Assembly (NCBI GenBank): GCA_963514005.1
Contig: OY740784.1
Coordinates: 17,732,001-17,796,000, forward strand
Direction: 5' to 3'
DNA from: Raja brachyura
Taxonomy: Eukaryota
Length of the DNA: 64,000 bases
The position numbers and the translations under genes were made by a program. Every line of letters starts with the position of its first letter. Within the stretch, counting starts at the first letter, position 1. Under the pieces are notes generated by a model. It had not been told where the DNA came from. It saw only the letters and a program-made list of their open reading frames with translations, and did not search any database. Positions 25,355-38,510 of this stretch are shown piece by piece.

Positions 25355-27455
25355 TACTCAAAATACAGAATTAAATAAGTTAATATTGTTGAGTAACTAC
25401 CCCTTGCTGCAAGCGGTTGATCAGACCTTTTTTATAGCTGCCACAATCTGGATTGCAAAAAATATCTTGTGAATATCTTTTCTTTGTAGCTTTGAAGGGA
25501 TCCATTTCAACTATTTCTAGAGATTATAAACGTCATATTTTGAGATATGTGACAAATAGCCAACGCAGGAAGCTGAAGGGCTCAGTTTTTAGTTTGATTG
25601 TGAGACATTCGGGATTAGACAGCCTAGATCCAGAGGGAGAATGCTGGCAGTTCTGTGTGCAGCTGCAGGCTTCTGCCCACCTAATGCCAGAATGGTTGGG
25701 ATTTACATTAACCCACAAGTCATGAAACTGCAGACAGCTATTCCCTGGCCTGCCTTTAATTGCACTCTGTTGAGCTCCTCATCACTTGAACAACTTATGT
25801 GGGATTGCATCTGGAACAGAAGTCTTATTATTTTCAATAGGAGAAAATGGCTGGCAGGGGACTAGGACTTTCTATTTTTAATCTTTTAATTGGCTAGGAT
25901 TTAAAAAAAATATTTTGAACTGTTTGGAATTTTATGTGGTTTGGTTTTATTTCCGTAATAATTTAACAGTTTGAAAAATGTTCAGTATCATTTACTAGTT
26001 ATGTGAATGAGGACTGCTTCTCGTACCACTCGACTATGTACGGCTATTTAGATCAGATGAAGATCCTGCCACTGAGGACAGGGCAAGTTTTTTCGAGTAA
26101 CCTTTCACTGAGGGAGCCACAAGATGTTGAAAAATGTTTAGTGGGTCAGCAATGAGAAAGAACAGTACACCAAAATAGCAAATTCTGGGGCAATGTGAAG
26201 CCAATTTTGAACCTGCTCTAGATATTGCTGCAGAATAAAAACCTCACAGATATTCTGGTGTCCATTTAAATTAATACATTTGTCATTACAAAATTCAAGG
26301 CATGCAGACCAGAGCATGCTATTTTGATGCTTTCCACCAATTCTGCTTAATAAGAACATTTGAACAAGAATTATTTTGACAGCCTGTTTATCAAGGCCCT
26401 TTCCAATATTGACGAACAGACAACACAATTGAATAGACAAAATACATTCACAACAGATCATTACAGAATAGTTCTTAGCTTTTTTTCATTCCATAGTTCA
26501 ATGCCAATCACTTTGGATCGGTGCCAATTCTTTTTGTTTGTATTTTGAGTGGCTGACTGCCAGCCTCACATTTTGTATTTTAAAACCTGCTGCAAATTTT
26601 TTTTTTTGCAGTTCAGTAGGATGAATGGTAGACTACTTCCTGGTGCAATGATAACATTGTGGCCTGTTTTATTTTATATTTTGATGAGCAATTTCTCAAT
26701 CTTTACCGTATAGGCCAATTCGCATTGAACAAGTATAATGCTATCATAAAATTTTAGTTTTATATTCAAGGAATTTGTAACTAGTGTCAAATTCACGCAA
26801 ATGCAAATATTTCAAAATTTGGTACCATCACTAATCACATATAAAGAATGGAGACCATATATACAATAGGTTTTCACTGAAAACTATGTTTCCAAACATT
26901 TTGCCTAATTTTCACCCTTTATCATTTTATAAGCAAATGGCATGTAATTAAGAGACAAAAACTGAAGAGTGCTAGTTGGCAAACTGCATCCTTGCTACTT
27001 GTTTGGAGGTGAAAGAGTGGCCATCAATCAAGAATTTGGTTCCAAATCCAACAAAATTTCAACTGAAGACCATTGTTTAGAGGGAAATGTAATTGGGCGG
27101 TAACTCAAAACTGCCAGTTGTGCAGTGCTAGCTCACTTGATAGCTGGGCTTTTTGTTTCAAAAATACGGATGTGAGTTGATGATGCAATGCAATTTCAGC
27201 TGCCTTTTTTATATTTTGAAGTGCCACTAAACAACTTTTTGCCCTATTCCTTGTAGTGTATCCTTAAAAGCGATTTTATTTTCACAAAATGTAGCCAATG
27301 AACTTCCACCTAACTTGCAGTCATAGATTCATGCAGCACAGAAAGAGGCCCTTTGGCCCAACCCGCCCATGTCAACCTCGATGCCCCGTGGACACCAGTC
27401 CTGTCTTTCCGTGTTTGGCCCAGATCCCTTTAAACCGTTCTTATTCATGTACCTG

Positions 27456-28171
27456 CAGGGGCGGAAACTCGCTGTCAAAACATGGGGGGGGGGGGGGAAA
27501 CAATTTCTTGGCAGCCGCACGCACGCGCACACACACACATAAGAGGCTTCGGCCATGGGCCCTGTGGAAGGTAACATCGGCAGCTGACCTGGTTGGTGAC
27601 CGACTTCGAACTCCAGCAACAGCAGCTTCGTCCTCCCCGAATCATGGGGCTTCAATCGGCCCATTCGCAGGATCTTCCATCGCCCGGCGGGGCTTCAACA
27701 TCGGGAGCCTCGATCACCTCGACGCAGCAATTTGACCACGGGGCGGTGGAAGATCCCGTGGCCAATTTTAAGCCACGCCGGGCAATGACAGGCCCCGCGA
27801 AAGGGGCGATTCAAGCTCCGCTCTATGATCTTTGCTCCACCAAGAAGTCTCCCTCCTCCAATCACCGCGCTCTATCCTCAGTCCCAACCCCCCCATACTT
27901 CCGCCTCTGACCGACACCTCCTCCAATGATCACGCTGAATCATCATGTCCCGCCCTCGCACTGCCAGCTGACCAACGTCTCTGTCGTCCAATCGGCGCCC
28001 TCGATCATCAGTCCCAGCCCCACTGTCTAGCGGAAAGCAGAGATTTTTAACAGATTTTTGTTTTCACCGAATTTCAAAATCCGGATTACAAAACATGGGG
28101 AGGATTGTCCCCCACCTCTCAAAACATCAAGGGGACGTGTGTCCCCTGTCACCCCGGGAATTCTGCCCATG
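27456..28171. mobile_element. GC-rich hAT-like non-autonomous element next to a SINE tail
   Basis: Imperfect TIR CAGGGGCGGAAACTC vs inverse CATGGGCAGAATTCC; repeated caaaacatgggg. No clean TSD found. Confidence 0.45.
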
Positions 28172-28827
28172 CATGTTCTAAACAATTAATTTCACTTTTG
28201 CATCAAACCTTTTATGAAGTGGTTTCCATATTTAGAACTTGAAGTTTGTATGACAAAGCACCTTGATGTTGCCAGCACACACTAGAAATGCTCAAAGTAG
28301 TTCCATGTCACCACCAATGTGTCGCTAAGTCCCTCATCTGTCCTTAACAAATGCCTTCCAAAAATAGTACTGCTCGTTTCTAACCTGTACAGTTAAGAGA
28401 AGGACAAAGACAAGTAGTTTTTGGTGCCAGAATCTTTACTCATGGGTGGGTCAACAAGAAGTTAAATATCATTAGCACTCATGAACTATATTTAAAAAAA
28501 CAAACATATAATGAATCATGCATCTTTCTGGAGCTTCAGAGAACAAAGGTGCAGATCTGCCAATATCTTGAAGGTAGAAATTGTCACAGAAATCCACCCT
28601 TTAAGCAGGTTCCTCCATTTTTGTGCCTCTTTTGGGACTTATTGCAGCATTGTTCAATTAGATGACCCACTAATAGGAATTGTGGGAATTATGAAGAGAA
28701 TGACCTAAATTTCTGGGCACATAATGAATGGCATAACTAAAGCTCAGGTATAAGGAATATGGTGAAAAGTATATTTCCCCTTTCTTTCATACAACAGGAA
28801 GAGGTGGGAGAGATGTACTTTATCTTA

Positions 28828-29086
28828 AGGGCCTGCCCCACTTGGCCGTCATTTGCGCGTCACACAGAAGGCGTGCGAAGATTTTGTGCACCCCAAAATC
28901 CTGGGACCCCGCGCACGACCGCGCATCACTGCCTATGTCACCACGCACCATGGACACATAAAGCACACCATGCGCACGTAATGCGCACCATGCGCACATC
29001 ATGTGAGTGTCACGACGCATGCGCCGTGACGCATAAATGATAACGTGTAAATTACGCGCAAATGATGGCCAAGTGGGACAGGCCCT
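28828..29086. mobile_element. Harbinger/PIF-like MITE copy 3
   Basis: TIRs AGGGCCTGCCCCACTTGGCCGTCATTTGCGCGT / ACGCGCAAATGATGGCCAAGTGGGACAGGCCCT, TTA TSD, internal GCGCACCAT repeats. Confidence 0.85.
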
Positions 29087-29515
29087 TTACAAACTGCAGC
29101 CAGTGGAGGGCATTAGTTCACCATTACAATCTGAGGATTTCCAACCCAATGCTTACAATTGTTTAGATACTTTTGCAGGCTCAGGTGACAGTTCAAAGAT
29201 ATTTTACAAATCTTAAAGTAGATATGTTTCTCATTATGGAAACTTGCTGCAGTTTGTAAAGGGCCTGTCCCACTTGGCCATCATTTGCGCGTAATTTACA
29301 CGTTTCTCATTAATTTGTTACAGATAGGTACAGAAACATTAAAACAACCCAAGGGCAAAGGTTGAGGATGTTATAATGATGTTATAATAATCAATATAAT
29401 TTTAAAAAATGTGTAGAAGGAAGGGATTGATTTAGGGGAGACTACAATATCCTAGTTATGCTATAATATTTTAATCAACTTTCTCAACATTTACGTCTCT
29501 GTTTTTCCCTCCTAG

Positions 29516-29613
29516 CATGAACAGTTTGAAAGTACCATTGGATTTAAACTTCCAAACCATAAAGCAGCAAAAAGGTTGTGGAAAGTGTGTATTGAGCATC
29601 ACACATTCTTTCG
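29516..29613 (+). CDS. EPB41L3: 4.1B FERM exon ([33 protein letters not shown])
   Basis: cctag| ... |gtgggt, 98 nt, phase 0-2; LWKxCxEHHTFFR motif. Confidence 0.97.
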
Positions 29614-30762
29614 GTGGGTATAAGTTGGCTTTTTGACATGAAAATTGACATGTTGAAATGACTTCAACCAAGTTGTTTTAAGTTATTCGAATTCTATGAA
29701 ACAACAATAGAATACGAGTTAGATCTGACATAATATCTAAATTCACTTATCACCGAGCACCATGTTCTTTATAATGTTGTGAACAAAGTTAATGAAGACT
29801 TGAATTATCACAAATTTCCCCTTGTTGCACTAACTTAATTTGCTTCACACCTCTAAAAATAAATGAAGTTATTGGTGTAAGCCATGAAATATTGTTGTAA
29901 ACCATGACTGATATAAATGTTCAGATATTGAACTCTTGAAATTTGGTGTACATTAAATATAACCCAATATGATTAATTAGAATCAATGTTTCATCATCCA
30001 ATCCTGCCATAAATGCAGTAGTGGATCTGGGTGTCAATGTGCACAGCAGTGGACTATCAAATTGGTTGTTGACCTCAGGGGGGGCGGACACACATTATCA
30101 ATGGAACTGTTGGAGAGGTGATGGAAAGCTTCAAGTTCCCAAACATCCATTCATCAGTAACCTAACCTAACCCTCACACACTGATCCGGAGATCAAGAAA
30201 GTGCATCAGAATATTTACTTCCTTAGCCATCTGAGAAGATTCAGCATGTGCACAAAGATTTTCCTAAACTTCTGCGGATGCATTATTGAAATATCTGATA
30301 GGATGCATCTCATTTTGATGGGAAAATATTCTGATGGGATAGTTAGGAAAGGTATGGAGGGACACAAAAAGCTGGCGTAACTCAAGGTACAGAGGGATAT
30401 TGGCCAAATGTGGAAAGTGGGACTAGCATAGATGAGGCATTTGGTTGACATGCACAAGCTGGGCTGAAGGGCCTGTTTCCTTGCTGTATGACTATGACTT
30501 AGCTTGATAGGAAACAACTTTGTTTTTGACCGCCTGAACCTGCAGGGAGTAGTGAACACAGCCAAGTCCGTCACAATCTTGTCACTTCCTTCTATCCAGT
30601 ACATCTTCACAGTGCATGGCATTAGGTTGGCTGGAAGTATAGACAAGAATGCCTGCCACCCAGGAATTCCCTTTTTATCCTCTGGGAGAAGATACTTATT
30701 TTACACCCCTTCCTAGAGATGCTGCCACGTACTCTTTCTCTTACCTTTATCTCAATCGGTTA

Positions 30763-31045
30763 AACCTCTGTCCCACGGTACAAGTTCATTGCAAGAGTTC
30801 TCCCGAGTTTGCCCTGATTTGAACTCGGAGATTTACGGTAATGGCCACTCGTTGAAAAATCTTCACGAGTCTTCCCGGGCTTACCTGCCGTTAGCGAGTC
30901 TTCCCGAGTACCTGCCATTAGCGCTAGGAGACGTCCCTGAGCTCCGACGTACCCGCTACGCTCATTCGGCATGCTTACCACGAGTTTGATTTTTTTTAAA
31001 CTCGGGAGAGCTCTTGGAATGAACTCGTACTGTGGGACAGGGCTA
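30763..31045. mobile_element. Harbinger/PIF-like MITE copy 4, nested in a Rex1-like fragment
   Basis: ~47-bp TIRs containing CTGTCCCAC.GTAC.AGTTCATT.CAAGAG.TCTCCCGAGTTT, TTA TSD, internal CCCGAGT repeats. Confidence 0.8.
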
Positions 31046-31842
31046 TTATTCTGTTACTGCACTTACGGGGTATTTTTCGGATTGAACTAAATTCTTTGCA
31101 TCATTTATGCTGTTTTGCATTTGTGGTTGCATCTGTCATTAACGTGTATACTGTGTACTCTAAACTTCATGCGAACAATGAGGAATTTCATTGCAAGTTC
31201 AGGTTCAGGTGGTCAAGAGCAGAGCAGTTGCTTTTCCAGGCAATGAGGGGGCATTTATGACAATAAACCAGCCTGAAATGCCAGACGTATTTTCACTTTC
31301 TGAATTTGGAGTGTGTCAAAAGTCTGAAATGAGTTGCCTTAATGTGATTATTATTATTATTATTATTATTCCAGCATAACTGCACACAGAGTTTGTAGAG
31401 CAATAGTTTATTTTATGATTTGTTTCACAAGTCTGATGTGAACAATGACACCAACAGTGGAGGAAGCTCAGTGTCGGTCTGGTGGAAGCAGACCGCTGAA
31501 TGAGCAGAAATAGTGGCCTAGATTTTCAAGTAGATTTAGGAAATTTGTTAATGCCTAAATTAAATAACACGTTGTGAGAAATGTCCAGTTAGGAAACTGG
31601 TAAGGAAATGCAAAGTAATTCACTAAATTACAAGCGAATTTTGGTTAGCCAACATTCCACAAAAGATCATTGATTTCTAGTAAAGAATATATATTTGTTG
31701 TTACTGAAGATCCAGATAGCGGGCCCGTCCCGCTAAGTTACTCCAGGTTTTTGTGTCTATCTTCAGTTTAAACCATATCTGCAGTACCTTCCTACACATT
31801 GTTGTATTTATATCCAAGTTGATAAATTAATGAAGCCAAATA

Positions 31843-32703
31843 CAGGCGCTCCCAAACTTGCGTACTACTGACCCTTGCGTAGGTCAGATGTTACATAAGT
31901 CGGAAACAGAAATTCTACTGCATGCGCAAAACATTAATTATTCTCATTATGCATGTGCAATACTGCACAACAGACACTATAATAAATGGAGAATGATCTA
32001 ATCTGAAACTGTGGCACTACCTAAAAACTATAAGTTTGCAACAAGTAGAAACGGTTGAGACAATTAATGAGCATGTATTTATATTTTTTCAACAGAATTG
32101 ATTCTTCTTTTAATTCTAAATTTAAATTTTTGATGCAGTTTATTTATGGGCTTCTTTGGACCAATTTTTACACAATAGCTATGTGTGTGTGGACCTGTGA
32201 ATGAGTAAATTTAGTTAATGCTCTTGAGCTTGCAAAACTACCTAAAAAAAATAGTTTGCCGATTAAAAATAGCTTCCAACAATGCCAGAGAAAGTAGTCA
32301 CCACAAATAACATGTACAGCTGCAGTCAACTGTCCGAGGGCTGTCGCAAAGTAAATTTACAAAACTAAGTCCAAAGTGTTGAATATAAATATATAATGCC
32401 ACAGACTGTTCAATAATGAGTTAGGACGATGACTCTGGCAAGTTCAGCCAGACACCGTCGACAGACCAAATACCTAATGTGGATGCGGAGGCCACTTAGG
32501 AGCTGCGACGTAGAGACTACTTGGTTGCACCCACAAGAGCAGCCAACTAGCTAATTGAAAAAGCTGCATGTAGTGGCAGTTACACACCATTACCAAGATT
32601 TCCGATAAGCACAACTCTTGAATAAAGCAGTGGGCTTGGAGAACTTCTTAAATAAAGTGCAAGTTTATGTAAGTCGCCTATTACACAAGTCGAGGTGTAC
32701 CTG
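31843..32703. mobile_element. Possible old Tigger/pogo-like element
   Basis: Ends ta-CAGGCGCTCCCAAACTT and inverse CAGGTACACCTCGACTT; subterminal (c)gtaagtcg motifs. Confidence 0.4.
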
Positions 32704-33692
32704 CAGAAATGCATCCAAGCGCACCAAGCCAATTACTATTAATTCCACCCACGAATGCCGAATATTATTTGGTGCCCTTTTAATAAACCATTTAATAAAC
32801 CATTTTGGTGCCCTTAATAACAAGTAAAATATATTTTTCTTTTGGATGTTAGTGATATTTTCTACTCAAATGCCACAACTTTAGTATTTAAGAACAAGTT
32901 GTCCAACAATGAGCTTCTTGGTGTAACCATTTCACTGTGTATCCTGGGGTATACCCAGTGGTATTGCAGAAAAGGGAAAATGCGGTGCCCGAGTGTGTAA
33001 AGGAAGATGCATTTTGAGGAAGGCTTTACAGATTGAATAGCATCTATTTATAAACTATTGCACCATTTGCGCAGTATTTTGTGAAATACATCATTAAATA
33101 AGTCACTACTACAAGACGTAATTTATTTAATAATTTGGCACAGTATGTCTCAAATGCTGCAACCAATTTATGTACAATAAGATGCCTCTAGACGAGAAGT
33201 GATTCATTAGTTGATTTGTATTTGCTGATGCTCTGGAAGGGCTGGATATTATGAAAATATATTTCATTGAATGAAGGTACCATCTTTGATCTTTCAGCTT
33301 AGCAGGCAGAAAGAAGACATAAAAACAGAAAAATAGGAGCAGTGGTGGTCATTTGGCTCTTCATACCTGTTCATCCATTCAGTTTAGATTTATGGAGGGT
33401 GAACACTGAAACACTATTAAGGAAACATTGGGGAAGACTTGATATATTATGTATGGTTATTGCAACCTTTGTATTTTCAGATTTACAGCAATGTATTCAT
33501 CTCCTCAGCTCCTTCCCCCAAATATCAGAACCTGACTTTGCCAAATGATTTGTGCTGTTGCAATGAATTCTGAAAATAATTATATGATTATTGTTTATTT
33601 TCAACCTTTGTACAATCACAATCAATTTGAAGTGTATTGTTGGAATAGAAGGTGATCCATTTTAAAACAAATTGCCAATTATCTCTTTGCAG

Positions 33693-33868
33693 ATTAGTTT
33701 CACCTGAGCCGCCTCCAAAGAAATTCCTCACACTAGGATCAAAGTTCCGCTACAGTGGAAGAACACAAGCCCAGACTCGGAGAGCCAGTTCCCTTATAGA
33801 TCGCCCAGCCCCATACTTTGAACGTTCTTCCAGCAAACGTTACACCATGTCACGCAGCTTGGATGGAG
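33693..33868 (+). CDS. EPB41L3: 4.1B FERM-adjacent exon ([29 protein letters not shown]...[10 protein letters not shown])
   Basis: ttgcag| ... |gtaagg, 176 nt, phase 2-1; [11 protein letters not shown] motif. [11 protein letters not shown] is characteristic of 4.1B. Confidence 0.97.
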
Positions 33869-33980
33869 GTAAGGAAACTGAGTTACAATCTGTTGTGGAT
33901 TTTTTTTATTCTTAATGACATTGCTTCATTGTTCACAAAGTTAGTTAGTGTGCAATTTCAGTTCAAAATAGAAGAAAAAA

Positions 33981-34669
33981 AAAACATAGAAAATAGGTGC
34001 AGGAGTAGGCCATTCGGCCCTTCGAGCCTGCACCGCCATTCAATGTGATCATGGCTGATCATCCAACTCAGTATCCCGTACCTGCCTTCTCTCCATACCC
34101 CCTGATCCCTTTAGCCACAAGTGCCACATCTAATGCCCTCTTAAATATAGCCAATGAACTGGCCTCAACTACCTTCTGTGGCAGAGAATTCCAGAGATTC
34201 ACCACTCTCTTTGTAAAGAATGTTTTCCTCATTTCGGTCCTAAAGGAATTCCCCTTTATCCTTAGACTGTGAACCCTTGTTCTGGACTCCCCCAACATCG
34301 GGAACAATCTTCCAGCATGTAGCTTGTCCAACCCCTTAAGAATTTTGTAAGTTTCTATAAGATCCCTCCTCAATCTTCTAAATTCCAGCGAGTACAAGCC
34401 GAGTCTATCCAATCTTTCCTCATATGAAAGTCCTGACATCCCAGGAATCAGTCTGGTGAATCTTCTCTGTACCCCCTCTATGGCAAGGATGTCTTTCCTC
34501 AGATTTGGAGACCAAAACTGTACGCAATACTCCAGGTGTGGCCTCACCAAAACCCTGTACAACTGCAGTAGAACCTCCCTGCTCCTATGCTCAAATCCTT
34601 TTGCTACGAATGCTAACATACCATTTGCTTTCTTCACTGCCTGCTGCACCTGCATGCCTACTTTCAATA
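33981..34669 (-). mobile_element. CR1/HER1-type LINE 3' fragment, young
   Basis: Uninterrupted 199-aa ORF 34068-34667 (LYRVLVRPHLEYCVQFWSP...RVVNLWNSLP) and (CTATGTTT)-type tail. Confidence 0.95.
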
Positions 34670-36118
34670 ATTAATAAGGATTTTGTTTATTGGGGAGGGG
34701 AAGTGAATTGAGAAGAGCAAATGCTGTGGTGAATGTTAGTAATGGGGGAGCTGTGAGTTCAATTGGGTTTGAATAAAATATGTATGGGTTACTTCCAGCA
34801 ACCTGCAATAAATCCAATTAAGTCATTTTAATCAGAACAAATTAGTTGCTGACACAAAATGCCAAGTTGGTCTGCCTGGCCAAGGTGGCATGAAGGGCTC
34901 AATGAGTCCATCCAGAATGGTATTTCCAGAGAGGTGAAACTAAATATGATCTTGGGAAGAGCAGCAATAGAGGGTAGGTGGTAATTAGACCACTCTTAAT
35001 CCATTCCACATTTCAAGTTGGCACTCTATCTCTAACGGTCAAAAACACTTCAATATAATGTAAGCTCTCTTGCTGCTGAGTACTGATTGACAACACATTT
35101 TTTTGTACAGCAATTGAAGTTTCCAGTGTATAAGAGCTGTGTAGGTGTGATGTTTTTTTCCAATTGAATTCATCAGCCTTTCTCTGCAAATATAGATACG
35201 TAGAATTGTGGGTGCAGATCATCTGTAAACTAGTAGCAGGATAAAATACACTCGAGGGACTCGAGAGTCTATTCCAGTTCACATAATGCTATCAGTAGTA
35301 ATTCATATTTTGGGGTCAAATTCCCAACCTTTGAACTTTCCATAGTTTCACTGTGTAAACCTTTAGTCATGTGACTTTTTCCATGATGCGTAGATGCCAT
35401 CTGCTGACATTTTGTATAATAATACAAATCCACCATGCCTAAAACCCATGTATCTGCTGGATTTGGCATATTATCTCCCAGATCAGATTCTTTCAGCACA
35501 CTTGTAGCTGAACTCCTTCAATTATAATCACCTGTAGCACATTCTAATTTGTCAGTCAGCATATGAAAATCTATAAAATCTGAAAAGACTGGAAATCTGA
35601 AATGGTGGAAATAGTCTGGCAGGTCAGCTAGCATCTGTGGAAAATGAAATAAATTGACACTTCCAATCCAAGACACTTGACCAGACTGGTAATTCTAAAT
35701 TGCAGAGAAGGTGGTGAGAGACTGGAGAGAAAAAAGGAATACCTGTGATTGAGTGAGGCCAGGTGAAATGGGTGAATAGGGCAATTGGAGGCTGATGATT
35801 CTTCATTGTGTCATGAGAAAGAAGTAATGAGGGTAGGCGGGAATTGGACTACTCATAATCTATACCACACTTCAAGTTGTGTACTCTATCTTGTTTGGTC
35901 GAAAGCACTTCACTACAATGTAAGCAGTCTTGCTGCTAAGTACAACAGATTTAGAACAAGAAATGCTATTATTCTTTATAAAGTTCTTGAAGGATCATGG
36001 TGACCTGATGATATCACCATGTCACGCTGTTCTAATTGAGAGAGAAAAAAAAACAACGGCAAAATCATAGGTGGAGGATCAGCTAAAATGTGCACTTCTG
36101 ATGCATACTAAAAGAGTA

Positions 36119-36445
36119 GCCGAGTGGAACTGCTGCCATGTAGCACTGAAGACCCAGGTTCAATCCTTATCTTGGGTGCTCTCTGTATGGAGATTGCACA
36201 TTCTCCTTGTGACTAAATGTGTTCTCTCTGTGCTCTAGTGTCCACCTAGATCCCAAAGACATGTGGATTGGTAGATTAAATAGCTGCTGTAAGTTGCCCC
36301 GAGTGTGTAGGGAAGGGGTAGGATCTGGGGGGCTTTGATGGGCAACTGGAAGGAATAAAAATTGGGATCTGTGTAGATGACTGAGTGATTGATGGTTAAG
36401 TCTGCTGATGGGCCCGTTTCCACGCTGTATATGTCTCTTACCTAA
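36119..36445 (+). mobile_element. Degenerate HE1-like SINE
   Basis: B-box-like ggttcaatcc, central tttgcacattctccttgtgac domain, 3' gggcccgtttccacgctgtat. Confidence 0.65.
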
Positions 36446-36840
36446 ATTTGGAGAATTTGATACTGAATCACGAAGGCTGCAATTTGTCCATAGTGAAAAA
36501 TGAGTTGTTAATCCTCAAGCTTACATTATGTTATGTTAAATTTGCAATCTAAATATAAATTGTTTGTTGTAGTTGCTACCACGAACCAACAAAGCAAGTG
36601 TGTTTAAGTGACTGTGGATTATCAAAACTGAGCCAAATATTTCCTCTCCAACATCCAAAATTCCTGGGGTCATCACTAAATAACTGACATCCAGGCAAGA
36701 GAACTCAGTGGCTTTGGATGGTGGCCCCTCTCTTGTCTGGAGGTACTAAGATCAATTGTAACGACGATTGTTAGCCTGCCAAGTAAATGCCAATTGATTC
36801 ACGAGTCCAGACTGCTGAATTACGTTTTGTGTCCTTAAAG

Positions 36841-37061
36841 CCTCGGTCACCGAAAATCATGAGATGCTCATAAAAGACTCCATTTCGGCCTCAGAAGTGG
36901 CTACTGGTCATTATGGTGCAGCCAAGAGCCTAGTCTCAACCAATTTAATAACCACAGTGACACCAGAGAAGAAGGCAGAAGAGGAGAAGGCAGAGGAAGA
37001 GGATAAGAAAGCAAAGACTGGCATCACTCCATTACTCACACCAGCCAAGCATGAAATTAAG
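36841..37061 (+). CDS. EPB41L3: 4.1B U2 exon (ASVTENHEMLIKDSISASEVATGHY...NLITTVTPEKKAEEE...HEIK); alternative acceptor at 36895
   Basis: ttaaag| ... |gtagtg, 221 nt, phase 1-0; NLITTVTPEKKAEEE is 4.1B-specific. Confidence 0.92.
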
Positions 37062-37762
37062 GTAGTGTGCACTGGGGCATGAAATATGTTAGGGGTACTG
37101 ATAATTAAACAAATTACAGATACAAAAATCAATTTGAAAAAAATAATACTGAACATTAATTGATGAAATTAGAACAAATTATTTTGCTCCAATGTTAGAA
37201 GTATATGTTTTGAGTATAACCAATTAGAACAAAAATGGTTGAATACATAGTTTTAAGTTGACATTTCTCTAATTATGAAAGAAAATAACTGTGAGCATAT
37301 CAAATAAGTATCTACATGATAAAAGTGAGAGAATATTTTGATTTAATATTTTAAAGGGACAGGTTTTTTTAAATATTATTAGCACAAAGCAAAAGTTTTG
37401 ATTTTTGAGAAATCAATTCCACGAACACTTTTGATTTCGTAAATAGTTTGAATGCGTTATTTTGGAATTACTGCGTGCAAAGATTTTATGAATTGCAATA
37501 TTAAAGCTCAAATTCTCTTCACATATCTGTTGTCATAAAATAGTAAAGTGAAGTCTGAAAAAATGAATCATGATTTCCCACCTGTGGGAAAAACTGTCAA
37601 TAATTGGAAATCCAAAATATTTAGTGTTTAAAATTTGTGATACTAGTTGAATAGTCTGCTTTTTATGTTTCCATTTTGTTTAAAATCATTGGCAGACTTT
37701 TTTTTCCAGATTTGCAAATATTCATTTTATGAAATGAGTTTGAACAATAACTAAAGAATTTG

Positions 37763-38510
37763 AAGCAGGAGTAGGCATTTTGGCCCCATGCTACGTGATT
37801 TCCTTAATATCCAAAATCCTATCAATCTCTGACGAGATACTGAGTTTCCACATTCTGCTTGAACAGAGAAATCCAAAGCTACACAGCTTTCCGGCTAAAG
37901 AAACATCTTCCTACCTAGGCCTTGCATTAAGCCCCTTATGTTGAGCCCATGCCACCATAGTTCTGGACCCTTCTGTATTTATTCTGTCAAGTCCTGTAAG
38001 AATTTTGTATATTGCAATGAGATTACCATTTATTTCTCTGAACTCACAATAACATAAACTCGTTCTATTTACTTTTATTCCTAGTACTACAAACTTGTCT
38101 GGGAATTAATCTGGCGAATGTTTACTGCAATCTGTCAATCATAATTTACATTTCCATAAGTAGTGGGATAGGCCCTGTACAAAATATTTCAGATACGGTC
38201 GCAGCAGGATAATTGGAGTAAGGCATCTGTACTTTTCTACTCCAATCCTTTGTAGTAAAGGCCAACATGCCACTTGACTTTCTAAATGCTTGCTGTGACT
38301 GTATATTAACTGTAAGAAAAATACACCAATTTAATTTTGAACATCAACACCTTTTAAGCACTCTTCAATCAAAGCATACAGTGACAATTTATTCTTTCCA
38401 CCAAGATGACCTTGTATACAGTATTTTCATTTATCTGCCATACCATTCACCTAGTCCATAAATTTCCCTTCTCCCAAACCATAATGTCAGCCAGTTTTGT
38501 ATCATCAGCA
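37763..38510 (-). mobile_element. Old degenerate CR1 fragment
   Basis: gcaggagtaggc at the end, aaggccaacatgcca and tcatcagcaaac (inverse FADD) remnants. Confidence 0.6.

Noticed and set aside
27298-28050. Overlapping GC-rich ORFs or a CpG-island promoter
   Set aside because: Confined to a TIR-bounded repeat; no recognisable protein or splice pattern.
34068-34667. 199-aa antisense protein-coding gene
   Set aside because: It is the C-terminus of CR1 ORF2, repeated several times in the window.
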